The notes beneath the pieces are model-generated. The model was not told the DNA's origin. It was given only the letters and a program-made list of their open reading frames with translations, and made no database searches. The position numbers and the translations under genes are program-made. Positions 1 through 8,530 of a stretch of 64,000 nt of DNA are shown here, piece by piece (position 1 is the stretch's first letter; every line of letters begins with the position of its first letter). The stretch lies in NCBI GenBank assembly GCA_012729395.1, contig JAAYDF010000229.1, positions 299 to 64,298 on the forward strand, in the 5' to 3' direction. Source of the stretch: Phycisphaerae bacterium. GTDB taxonomy: Bacteria; Planctomycetota; Phycisphaerae; UBA1845; PWPN01.

Positions 1-1
1 T

Positions 2-352
2 TGCCCGGGCACCGCTCCGGGCGAGCCGGTCGATGCGAACGGTTGCTCGCTGGCGGACGACGATGGCGACGGCGTACCGAATCAGCGGGACTACTGCCCC
101 GGCACCGAGGCAGGGGCACCCATTGACGCCGACGGCTGTTCGCTGCGGGATCGGGACGGCGACGGTGTAACCGATCAGTATGACCTGTGCGCGGACGACC
201 CGCTCAAAACAGAGCCGGGCAACTGTGGGTGCGGCACTCCCGAAGGCTTGTGCTTGGTGCCTCTTTGTGGAGCTGGTCTTGGGCCGGCCTTGCTGATGGC
301 CTGGGCGGGACTTATGGGCTTATCACGGCGTCATCGCCGGATCGGAGCTTGA
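2..352 (+). CDS. 3' end of a thrombospondin type 3 repeat (Ca-binding) surface protein with a C-terminal membrane anchor; partial and absent from the ORF track
   Basis: Frame 2 reads CPGTAPGEPVDANGCSLADDDGDGVPNQRDYCPGT...DRDGDGVTDQYDLCADDPLKTEPGNCGCG...PLCGAGLGPALLMAWAGLMGLSRRHRRIGA*, with DxDGDGVxDxxDxC repeats and TGA at 350-352. Confidence 0.85.
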   Translation, partial: CPGTAPGEPVDANGCSLADDDGDGVPNQRDYCPGTEAGAPIDADGCSLRDRDGDGVTDQYDLCADDPLKTEPGNCGCGTPEGLCLVPLCGAGLGPALLMAWAGLMGLSRRHRRIGA

Positions 353-856
353 GGGCCGCTTGGCCGCTTCGAGGTCGAGGAGCCAGCGTTTGAGGGCGAC
401 ACCCTGCTCCGCGGAGAACCCTCCGAGCGAGCCATCAGCTGCCACCACCCGGTGGCAGGGGATGACCAGCGGCACAGGGTTGCGGGCCAAAGCTCCACCG
501 ACGGCCCGAGCGGCTCCGGGATGCCCGACGCGATCGGCCAGTTGCCCGTAGGTCATCGTGGCACCGTAGCGAATGCGGGCGCAGGCTCGGAGCACGGACC
601 GCTGGAACGGTGTCAGGGCATCAAGATCGAGTTTCACGTCGAATCGAACCCGTTGGCCGGCGAAGTAGGCTCGCAGTTGCTCGCGCAATGCGGGGAAGAG
701 AATGGGATCGGGCGCGGCCTCGGGCCACCGCTTCTGAGCCAATCGCTCGGCCGCACTCTTGGTGCGGCGAGTGATGACCAGCTCCGACAAGCCGTGACGT
801 GACGCCGCGAGGATGACGGCACCCGGGCCGACCTCAAGGATAGCGTAGCGTTTCAT
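323..856 (-). CDS. ogt: methylated-DNA--protein-cysteine S-methyltransferase
   Basis: TPFQRSVL...TYGQLA...ARAVGGAL..NP..LVIPCHRVV active-site motif; start moved to MKRYAIL (ATG 856). Confidence 0.93.
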   Translation of the reverse strand: MKRYAILEVGPGAVILAASRHGLSELVITRRTKSAAERLAQKRWPEAAPDPILFPALREQLRAYFAGQRVRFDVKLDLDALTPFQRSVLRACARIRYGATMTYGQLADRVGHPGAARAVGGALARNPVPLVIPCHRVVAADGSLGGFSAEQGVALKRWLLDLEAAKRPSSSDPAMTP

Positions 857-885
857 ACCACCAGGGTACGGCTCTCGGACACGGA

Positions 886-1656
886 CTACAAGCGACCTCT
901 CGGCTCCATGCGGCGCAGGCGGCAAGTGAGCTGGCGGATATGGTCGACGATCAAGGGTCCGTCGGGTCCGGATTCCAGCCCCACGAACTGCAGACCGAGA
1001 CGTGTGTGCCCATCATCCAAGCGTTCGCAATGGGTGACGCGACCCGCGAGTTGCTGGGCCGGATGGTCGGGTTGGAGACGAAAAGCGCAGGTCACCGAAT
1101 CGCCCGATCGCCAGCGTCCCACTCCACGATTCGCAGGTACGGCGACGCTGAGACCTCCCGCGGAGAGATCGAGCATGAGTCCGCGACAGGGTATCGATGG
1201 CGGGCTGTCCTCGGGCAGCGGATCTGGTCTCCAAAGATCGACCGGCACGACGACATGGCGTGGCACAGGGGTGCGGATGTAGAGGCGACGCTGGAACTGA
1301 TGGGCGCTCTCTGGCCACTGGAGGGTAAGAGCCGGCAAATCTTGTCCGCTGCGCAGGGTGAACCGGCATCGCCCGATCGTCTCGGTATCAAAGACGCATT
1401 TGCGGCTGGCATGGTGAAAAGAGAGACCGAGACACTGGCCGGCCACGATCTCGGCATGGGGTTGACCGGGCACGGCGGGCGTCGGGTACTCGATCACCAA
1501 CTGGTTGCGTTGCGGGTCAGCCGCGAGGATGCGCGTCCGGTGGACGTTGGCTCCGCCGACGCTGCGACAGTGCACGGTGACGGGTACGCGCGTGCTGGCC
1601 GCCTTCCTCAAGCATTGGGCCAGTTCCGTCGTGGTGATAGGTAGGAGTTGAGTCAT
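886..1656 (-). CDS. YcgR-like PilZ-domain c-di-GMP receptor
   Basis: QRRLYIR (RxxxR) and DLSAGG (DxSxxG) motifs, C-terminal GLQF, N-terminal YcgR-like beta domain. Confidence 0.85.
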   Translation of the reverse strand: MTQLLPITTTELAQCLRKAASTRVPVTVHCRSVGGANVHRTRILAADPQRNQLVIEYPTPAVPGQPHAEIVAGQCLGLSFHHASRKCVFDTETIGRCRFTLRSGQDLPALTLQWPESAHQFQRRLYIRTPVPRHVVVPVDLWRPDPLPEDSPPSIPCRGLMLDLSAGGLSVAVPANRGVGRWRSGDSVTCAFRLQPDHPAQQLAGRVTHCERLDDGHTRLGLQFVGLESGPDGPLIVDHIRQLTCRLRRMEPRGRL

Positions 1657-2471
1657 CGTCCGCCCTCTTTGGGAGCCCGGCCGGCGAGCATGTGACGATC
1701 AAGCAGTCTGCGGCGAAGAGATTCAGCCGCCATCGCGGAAGCCTCGTGGCCGGTTCCCGTGATGAACTGCATGCCAATTAGCATCTTGCCCTCGTTGCCG
1801 GCCGGCGTCTTGTTGCAGATGACCGCATCGAGAGCGAAGGTTTCAGGATCGGTGGGTGACAAGCGAAACTCGACATGAAGAGATTCGCCGATCAGAAGCC
1901 GGTCAACGAGGTGGGCATCAACCCGGCAGGCGAGTCCGCCGGCACTGACATTGCAGAGCCAACCGATGCCCTCGCCCGGCTGTTCGTCTTCGCGTGTCCA
2001 GGTCATGCGCACCTTGGAGGAATTGCCAAGCTGGATACGGCGGTAGATTCGGCGTTGAGCGACTTGGAGTCTATCCGGCCGCGAGACGTGAATACGGATC
2101 TCGGTGTGCATCGCGGAGGGCTTCTCGACCTTGACCACATCGGTATCGGCAAGGTACACGTGTTCACCAAGCCGGATGACAAGATCGCAGTAAGTCCCGA
2201 CGAGCTGGCGATAACGTTCGGCGGTGCTTTCGAGGGTCTCCAAGCTGACCACGACATCGGGGTCGGCGACACCGGGATCCCACACCAAGAGCAGCGCGGG
2301 CGGGGCAGCCAGGGCCTTTTCGTCGGCGTTTAATGCCCGTTCGAGATGACAGACAATCGGCTCGGCGTCGGGCCAAAGCCGTGGCTCGATGATGGTGACG
2401 GCCTGATGCCGGATCGCCTGCTCCAGCGTCCTGGCCGACTGCCGCTCGCTAAGGTCTATTGAGAAGGCCAT
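1653..2471 (-). CDS. PilZ-domain c-di-GMP receptor
   Basis: QRRIYRR and NVSAGG motifs, C-terminal IGMQF; stop overlaps the next start. Confidence 0.85.
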   Translation of the reverse strand: MAFSIDLSERQSARTLEQAIRHQAVTIIEPRLWPDAEPIVCHLERALNADEKALAAPPALLLVWDPGVADPDVVVSLETLESTAERYRQLVGTYCDLVIRLGEHVYLADTDVVKVEKPSAMHTEIRIHVSRPDRLQVAQRRIYRRIQLGNSSKVRMTWTREDEQPGEGIGWLCNVSAGGLACRVDAHLVDRLLIGESLHVEFRLSPTDPETFALDAVICNKTPAGNEGKMLIGMQFITGTGHEASAMAAESLRRRLLDRHMLAGRAPKEGGR

Positions 2472-2514
2472 ATTAGTTCTCTAATCCACCCATTTTTCAC
2501 GCGTCTCCCAGATC

Positions 2515-3369
2515 TCAACGATCGGCGGCCCGGGCCCTGCGAAGGGCCTCGCGCTGCTCGGCGGTGATGAACTTGGCAAGCCGGGCCTGAATGGCCGCGT
2601 GTTCGCGGTCTGTCGGATCCAGTTGCCAAGCCAATCCCACCACGATGCGGTCACCCGCCGGGTGATCCCGACACCAGCGAATCTGCCCGATGAAATCGAA
2701 CGGAGTCGGGTCTCCGGGCAACGAGAAACTCGCCCGATACATCGCGCTGACCGAGAAACGCCGAGCCTCATTCTTCTCGAATACGATTCCGCACCCGGTT
2801 TCGGAGAGATTCATCATTCTGCCCCTCACTCCGGCGTCGGCTTGCGGCCCCGGGGCAGCTTCATCCGCACGATTCCCTTCGGGACAGGCTGAACCCGAAG
2901 CGGAGGCGCTCGCCGCGCCAACCAGCTGGGCGACGGGCTCTTGCTCGGATACTGTCCGGAGTATGATCGCCGCGGACGGCAGATGCATCAGAGATAAACG
3001 ATAACACTCGCGCCGCTGAGCCTTCTCGATCTCCTCGGGGTACTGCAAGGCCAACGCATCGAGAGCCTGGGCCTTGTTCACCCGCCACTGCGTTCGCCCG
3101 ACGACACGGGACCGGAGCCCGAACCGTTGCCCCTTCCACAGAAAGAATAATTCGACCATTTCCCCCGGCCGAATCAGAACCGGTCGCCCGGCAACGGTCG
3201 GCGCGTCCACCACAAGACACTGATCGGCAAGACTGAGGAAGCGGACGTTCGCGTTGATTCTCTGTCGCTTTGGGGAGACGTATCGTAGCTGACACGGAAT
3301 GTTCCGCTGGCACAGATCGACCAGCATCTCGTGCCTGGCTTGGTCCGATACTTTCGGGCACAACGACAA
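2515..3369 (-). CDS. YcgR-like PilZ-domain c-di-GMP receptor
   Basis: QRRECYR and NLSETG motifs, YcgR-like N-domain, C-terminal FITAEQREALRR. Confidence 0.85.
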   Translation of the reverse strand: MSLCPKVSDQARHEMLVDLCQRNIPCQLRYVSPKRQRINANVRFLSLADQCLVVDAPTVAGRPVLIRPGEMVELFFLWKGQRFGLRSRVVGRTQWRVNKAQALDALALQYPEEIEKAQRRECYRLSLMHLPSAAIILRTVSEQEPVAQLVGAASASASGSACPEGNRADEAAPGPQADAGVRGRMMNLSETGCGIVFEKNEARRFSVSAMYRASFSLPGDPTPFDFIGQIRWCRDHPAGDRIVVGLAWQLDPTDREHAAIQARLAKFITAEQREALRRARAADR

Positions 3370-3446
3370 TGTGCGTCACCGCTGTGAATCCAGCCTTTCA
3401 ACGGCCCGCCGCTTTGCGCGTAGCAGAACGACAACTGCATTTGTGG

Positions 3447-3474
3447 TATTCGGCGCAAGGATGTCTGGACTTGA
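3447..3474 (-). promoter_or_regulatory. sigma28 (FliA/WhiG)-type promoter for the PilZ operon
   Basis: Minus strand TCAAG-N15-GCCGAATA, ~80 bp upstream of the first PilZ gene. Confidence 0.65.
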
Positions 3475-3772
3475 CCTAGAGGAAATCGGACAGACGGGCA
3501 GGATCCGATAAAGGTCATGGCGTCGCGTCCGCCACGCCAGAAGCGGCATACCGGTCCCGTTGCGAGGATCGGACAATCACCTCTGCCGCAAAGGGGACGA
3601 TCGGCAATCAAGCCGCGGATGAGGAGCGATCGGCAGCCAGTCAGGCACGACAGGCGAACGCCCGATCACCTGAAAGCGACGTGCGATGGAGGAGACGGAC
3701 GACCCGCAGGAAGCGTCCGGCCTCGATCCGGACACTTCCTGCTGGTCATGGATCCCGGTAATGAAGCGAAGG

Positions 3773-4105
3773 TCAGCGCTTGCTTCGGAAACAGTCGCGG
3801 CAGTAGACGGGTCGGCCCTGGGTCGGCTTGAAGGGCACCGTGGTGTGGGCACCGCACTCGGCGCACACCGCGTCGAAGGTCTCGCGAGGCGGGCGACTTT
3901 GGTAGCCCTCTCCTCCCGAGGATCGCTCGTGCCGGCCTCCGCCTCCTCCGCCACCGCCCTGGTTCTTCCGCTTGGCCCGACAATCGCGGCAGCGTTTGGG
4001 CTCATTGGTGAACCCACGCTCCGCGTAGCGGGCTTGGTCCGCTGCGGAATGCACGAATTCGCAACCGCAATCGGCACATACGATGGTCTTATCCTCAAAC
4101 GACAT
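3773..4105 (-). CDS. zinc-ribbon / CxxC-x17-CxxC domain protein
   Basis: MSFEDKTIVCADCG...FTNEPKRCRDCR, Gly-rich linker, VCAECG...VPFKPTQGRPVYCRDCF; GGAGG RBS before ATG 4105. Confidence 0.9.
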   Translation of the reverse strand: MSFEDKTIVCADCGCEFVHSAADQARYAERGFTNEPKRCRDCRAKRKNQGGGGGGGGRHERSSGGEGYQSRPPRETFDAVCAECGAHTTVPFKPTQGRPVYCRDCFRSKR

Positions 4106-4388
4106 GAGCACTGTCCTCCGTACCCAACCCCAAGCCATAATCCAATGGCTCGGTGTCCTATGACTGGCTGGTAGTCACCCGATCGGAAGGGAGAGGGACG
4201 AAGGGACGGTCCTTCCGCAAGAGGATCGGCCAGCGTGCCAACACTGGCCCTTCGAGTCGGGGCATACCCACCTATGTGGCCCGATCGGCCTGGGATGCAG
4301 GCCCAACACCGCTACGCCGGTGGGCCTCCGCACCTGCCGAACAGACGCCACGCCTCGGCAGCCAACCGCTGCCAATTCACCAACGCGC

Positions 4389-4417
4389 AGTATGCGCGAG
4401 AACCTGCGGCCGGTCAA
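4389..4417 (-). promoter_or_regulatory. sigma70-type promoter for the zinc-ribbon gene
   Basis: Minus strand TTGACC-N17-CATACT. Confidence 0.55.
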
Positions 4418-4643
4418 ACTGCGACCTGAGGACAAGGACCAGCGGGCGGTCACGCTCTGAGCCGGCATTTCCGCGCCGCGAAAGCAAGGTAGCTCCTGGG
4501 CTTTCCGCGGATCGCACCAAGGGGAGGAAACAGCCCAGGCAGCCATTCGGCCCCACTGCGATGAAAGCGTCTCTGGAAGCCTGGCCTGGACACCCTGTTG
4601 CCGAGACCGACGGCAACGCCTGACGCATCTGGAGCGCCGCAGA

Positions 4644-6002
4644 ATGTCAACAGGACGGCAGCTTGCCTGTCTCCGTCTCAAGGGGGTACACTCAGGGTAT
4701 CTGGCAAACCTCGCAGTGCCCTTCTCCGAAGGCGGAGTTCCGTCTACTGGCGGTGTCGTGGGGCAGCCTGCTCGGACAACCAGGGGGACGACAGCGCAGG
4801 GGAGCTCGCGAACGGAGGACGGCACTCCCCCGCGGAGGTGCATAGCCATTCGCAGGACGCTGAGTAAGAACGTCAAGCCCAAGCGGACCACTCTCGCCGA
4901 TGTGGCGGCCGCAGCGGGCGTCTCGATGACCACCGCGTCCGTGGTTCTGGCTGGGCGTCCGGAAGGGTTGCGCCAATTCCGCTCGGCGACCATCGACCGC
5001 GTTCGTGAGCAGGCCGAGCGTCTGGGCTACCAGACTAATCTTTTCGCATCGAGCTTGTCCGGCAGAGCCTCAGCGTTCTTCACCTTGGTCATCCATGATG
5101 TGGGGGGCAACGGGCAAGCACACCCGACGCAGGAGTCCGGAATCCGCTGGTACTACTGGGCCTTCGAGGGCAGCTTGCTGGCCGGGGTGATTCAGGCGGC
5201 TCGCACAACCAGTCTGCATCCGATTATCGCGACATGCGGTCCTGATGCCGATCCCCAGAGCATACAGTCAGTGCGGCGGATCATCTCGGGCGGCGTACGC
5301 GGCACCATCGCTCGGACGCCACCAGCTCCCCTGGAAAGCTACCTGCGGCAGAAGTGGCGTCAGGGACACCGGCTGGTTGTCGTGTTTCCCGAGCGATTCG
5401 CATCCTGGCCATCCAATGCCCTGGACGTGGACAATCGTGCGATTGGCCAAATCGCTGCCCTCTTGCTTCATCGCCAGGGCCGACGGCGATGGGGCCTTGT
5501 GCGTCCGCCGCACCACAGCCTATCGCTCAACCATCGCTGTGAGGTCTTTCAAGCGATGGCGCACGAGTTGGGTCTGGAGGTTCACGTGGTGGAGTTGCCG
5601 GCTCATCTGCCGGAAGGGTTCGCGGCCACCTCCGTCGCTCACAACCTGCGGCAACTCAAACTTGACGGGTTGTTCGCCCTCAACTGTGTGGCGTCCGTGA
5701 GCGCCCTTTTGGGCTGCATGCAGAACGGCCTCAAGCCCGGCATCGACGTCAGCCTGGTGGGTTGCGATTCGTCTTTGTGGCAGAGTTCCCAGCTTCCGCG
5801 AATCACATCCGTAGACATCTCCTGGAAGGCGGTGGGGATCACCGCGCTGACCAAGCTGTTGGAGATGGTGGAGACGGGTGAAACGCGGTTTGACAACGTG
5901 CTGCTGCAGCCGCAGATCACGCCAGCCGAGAGCTGTCCGGTCCCGTCGGACATGCTGGCCGGTCAGGATCAAGGCGACTGGGAATCGCGAACCGCCCAGT
6001 AA
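4644..6002 (+). CDS. LacI-family transcriptional regulator (true start probably near 4860)
   Basis: TLADVAAAAGVSMTTASVVL HTH, ERLGY hinge, periplasmic-binding-like domain ending DVSLVGCD...ITSV; first ~70 aa of the ORF look non-coding. Confidence 0.88.
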   Translation: MSTGRQLACLRLKGVHSGYLANLAVPFSEGGVPSTGGVVGQPARTTRGTTAQGSSRTEDGTPPRRCIAIRRTLSKNVKPKRTTLADVAAAAGVSMTTASVVLAGRPEGLRQFRSATIDRVREQAERLGYQTNLFASSLSGRASAFFTLVIHDVGGNGQAHPTQESGIRWYYWAFEGSLLAGVIQAARTTSLHPIIATCGPDADPQSIQSVRRIISGGVRGTIARTPPAPLESYLRQKWRQGHRLVVVFPERFASWPSNALDVDNRAIGQIAALLLHRQGRRRWGLVRPPHHSLSLNHRCEVFQAMAHELGLEVHVVELPAHLPEGFAATSVAHNLRQLKLDGLFALNCVASVSALLGCMQNGLKPGIDVSLVGCDSSLWQSSQLPRITSVDISWKAVGITALTKLLEMVETGETRFDNVLLQPQITPAESCPVPSDMLAGQDQGDWESRTAQ

Positions 6003-6082
6003 CAGGCGGACGTCTGTCACACCGGGCTGCATTCTTGGTGCAGTCTTTGTCTCGGAGCCTTGTTGCCTGTAGATTGATCGGC

Positions 6083-6694
6083 GTGATCTACCTGACGGTC
6101 AAACGTGGACTGGACATTGTGGTCAGCCTGGCGTTGATCGCCCTGCTGTCGCCTGTTTGGTTGGCTGCGTCGCTGGCGGTCAAGTGCAGTTCTCGTGGGC
6201 CGGTGCTTTTCGTGCAGGAGCGATGTGGACAGGCCGGCCGGCGGTTCCCGCTGATCAAGTACCGGACCATGCGTGTGGACCACGTCCACGACCCGACGGA
6301 GATCGTGGCGCTGCGCCATCCGGGAGTGACCTGGGTTGGTCGGATTCTGCGACGGACAAAGGTGGACGAACTACCTCAGTTGTTCAACGTGCTGGCGGGC
6401 CACATGTCCCTGATCGGCCCGCGGCCCACGATTCCCGAGCAAGTTGAGCAGTACGATGATTTTCAGCGGCGTCGACTGGAGGTCCGGCCGGGTATCATCG
6501 GCCTGGCCCAAGTGAACGGGAATGTCGCCCTGACGTGGGATGAGCGGATTCGCTACGACGTGTACTACGTGGACCATGTGTCGGCGGCGCTGGATCTGGG
6601 AATCATGCTCAAGTCGGGTGCGGTGGTTGTGCTGGGCGAGGAACGTTTTGCCCGGCCATTCGATGCGAGTCCATACGCGGGGCGGGATGGATGA
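6083..6694 (+). CDS. polyprenyl-phosphate phosphoglycosyltransferase (bacterial sugar transferase, PglC/WbaP C-terminal type)
   Basis: KRGLDIV...KYRTM...GRILRRTKVDELPQLFNVLAGHMSLIGPRP...YDVYYV; start GTG 6083 inferred. Confidence 0.9.
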   Translation: MIYLTVKRGLDIVVSLALIALLSPVWLAASLAVKCSSRGPVLFVQERCGQAGRRFPLIKYRTMRVDHVHDPTEIVALRHPGVTWVGRILRRTKVDELPQLFNVLAGHMSLIGPRPTIPEQVEQYDDFQRRRLEVRPGIIGLAQVNGNVALTWDERIRYDVYYVDHVSAALDLGIMLKSGAVVVLGEERFARPFDASPYAGRDG

Positions 6695-7590
6695 ACGCGG
6701 CGTTGATGGGAAGCGTGAGTTCGAGTGCGGCCGCGTTGCGAGGTCTGCTGCGGGGAGGCCTGGAGATCACCGGCGTCCTGGGGCTGCCGGAGGATATGGC
6801 GGCGCGAATCAGCGACTACGCGAGTCTCGGCTCCTTGGCGAAGCAGGCCGGCGTGCCCTTCGTCCCGTTCCGTAAGGTCACCGAAGACGCGGTGCGATCC
6901 TTTCTCCATGATCGCCGGCCGGACTGGCTGTTCGTGATCGGGCTGTCACAGCTTGTCTCGGCGGATTTGCGTGGTCTGGCACCCCAGGGTGCGGTGGGCT
7001 TCCACCCCACGCCGCTGCCGGAGGGTCGCGGGCGAGCGCCGGTGGCCTGGACCATTCTGCTGGATCGGCCGGCAGCGGCGAACCTGTTCTTTCTGACGGA
7101 CGAAGCCGACGCGGGCGACATTATCGCCCAGCGCGCGGTACCGGTGCTGCCGAACGACTATGCGGCCGATCTGATTGCCCGCACGAACGTCGTGCTGGAG
7201 GAGATGGCGGCGGAGTTGGCGCCGGCTTTCGCGAGTGGGGAAGTGCCCCGGACTCCGCAGGATCACCGCCGGGCAACGTGGTACGCCCGGCGTCGGCCGG
7301 AGGATGGTCTCATTGACTGGACCCAATCGGCCCGCGACATCCAGCGTCTCATCCGGGCGGCGAGCCGTCCGTACCCGGGCGCATTCACGGGACATCACGG
7401 GCAGAAGATCGTGATTTGGCGAGCTGACTGGACGTTGGAATGCGGCGGGAATGCGGCCCCGGGCACGGTCGTCGAGGTCCGCGACGGCAAGCCGGTCATC
7501 CAAGCCGGACGCGGCTTGGTTCAGGTGGTGGAGTACGAGACCGCGGGCCCGGCAACCCCGGTCGTGGCAACAGGCGACCGGTTGGGTTAA
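6691..7590 (+). CDS. Fmt/ArnA-like N10-formyl-THF formyltransferase, probably acting on an amino sugar
   Basis: GFHPTPLPEGRGRAP, DAGDIIAQ, RRPEDGLIDW, IRAASRPYPGAF. Confidence 0.88.
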   Translation: MNAALMGSVSSSAAALRGLLRGGLEITGVLGLPEDMAARISDYASLGSLAKQAGVPFVPFRKVTEDAVRSFLHDRRPDWLFVIGLSQLVSADLRGLAPQGAVGFHPTPLPEGRGRAPVAWTILLDRPAAANLFFLTDEADAGDIIAQRAVPVLPNDYAADLIARTNVVLEEMAAELAPAFASGEVPRTPQDHRRATWYARRRPEDGLIDWTQSARDIQRLIRAASRPYPGAFTGHHGQKIVIWRADWTLECGGNAAPGTVVEVRDGKPVIQAGRGLVQVVEYETAGPATPVVATGDRLG

Positions 7591-7643
7591 TGTGACCGTC
7601 ACGGGCGATATCGTCTGAACGCGTCCTTGGGAGAAATGCGGCG

Positions 7644-8366
7644 ATGCCAGCACGGAGTTCCGATCGAGTTGAGTCGCGCCAAGTGAGTTCACCGCCGAAG
7701 ATCCTCGTGGTGGCGCCGCATCCGGACGACGAAGTGCTGGGATGCGGTGGTACGATTGCCCGCTACGCACGGGCGGGCGGAGAGGTGACCGTGGCCGTGG
7801 TCACCAAGGGCACGCCGTTGTTCCCGGCGGCCCAGGTTCGGCGAGTACGGCGCGAGGCCCGCGAAGCCAACCTTGCATTGGGCAGCAAGCTTTGCTTTCT
7901 GGACTTGCCGGTGACGACGTTGCAGCTCATGCCCGAGCACCGCCTGAACGGGGTTTTTGACCGGCTGGTGGGTACGGTCCGGCCGGACGTGGTTTTCCTC
8001 CCCTACCGTTGGGATCGGCACGAGGATCACCGGCAGGTTTTCGACGCGTGCATGGTCGCGTTGCGGCCTGACGGTCGGCGTCCGGCTCCTCGACGCGTCT
8101 GTTGCTACGAGACGTGCTCGGAGACGCATTGGTCGGCGGCGGGCGTGGAGCCCGCGTTTGAGCCGAACTGGTACGTGGACATCACAGACACGCTGGCGAG
8201 CAAGCTGAGCGCCTTGCGTGCCTACGCATCGCAGATCGAGGGGGGAGTTCCGGCTCGCTCGGTTGAAGCCGTGGAGGCTCTGGCCCGATTCCGCGGCAGC
8301 ACGGTGGGCATGGTGGCGGCGGAAAGCTTCCTGATCGTGCGCGACACATGGCCGGCCGGCCGGTAA
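7644..8366 (+). CDS. PIG-L/LmbE-family N-acetylhexosamine deacetylase
   Basis: VVAPHPDDEVLGCGG, DRHEDH, YVDIT..LASK..AL.AYASQ, AESF. Confidence 0.9.
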   Translation: MPARSSDRVESRQVSSPPKILVVAPHPDDEVLGCGGTIARYARAGGEVTVAVVTKGTPLFPAAQVRRVRREAREANLALGSKLCFLDLPVTTLQLMPEHRLNGVFDRLVGTVRPDVVFLPYRWDRHEDHRQVFDACMVALRPDGRRPAPRRVCCYETCSETHWSAAGVEPAFEPNWYVDITDTLASKLSALRAYASQIEGGVPARSVEAVEALARFRGSTVGMVAAESFLIVRDTWPAGR

Positions 8367-8530
8367 GGGGCCAGCCTCGAAGCCGGCGGGGAGCATCCGC
8401 GGCACGAGTGTCGGATAGGTATACACAAACGAACGGCCCATCGAGTGCCCGTCGGTGACGTTTCCACAATGCCGTCGAGCTTGGCGACGTACTGCACGTG
8501 CGACGTTCGAGGGCAACGGCATCGAGAATC

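Noticed and set aside
4480-4680. Hairpins and CGGCCCCACTGCGA resembling a cobalamin riboswitch; TGAAAGCG half-site as a LacI operator
   Set aside because: B12 box and other core elements are missing, the downstream gene is unrelated, and the operator palindrome is incomplete
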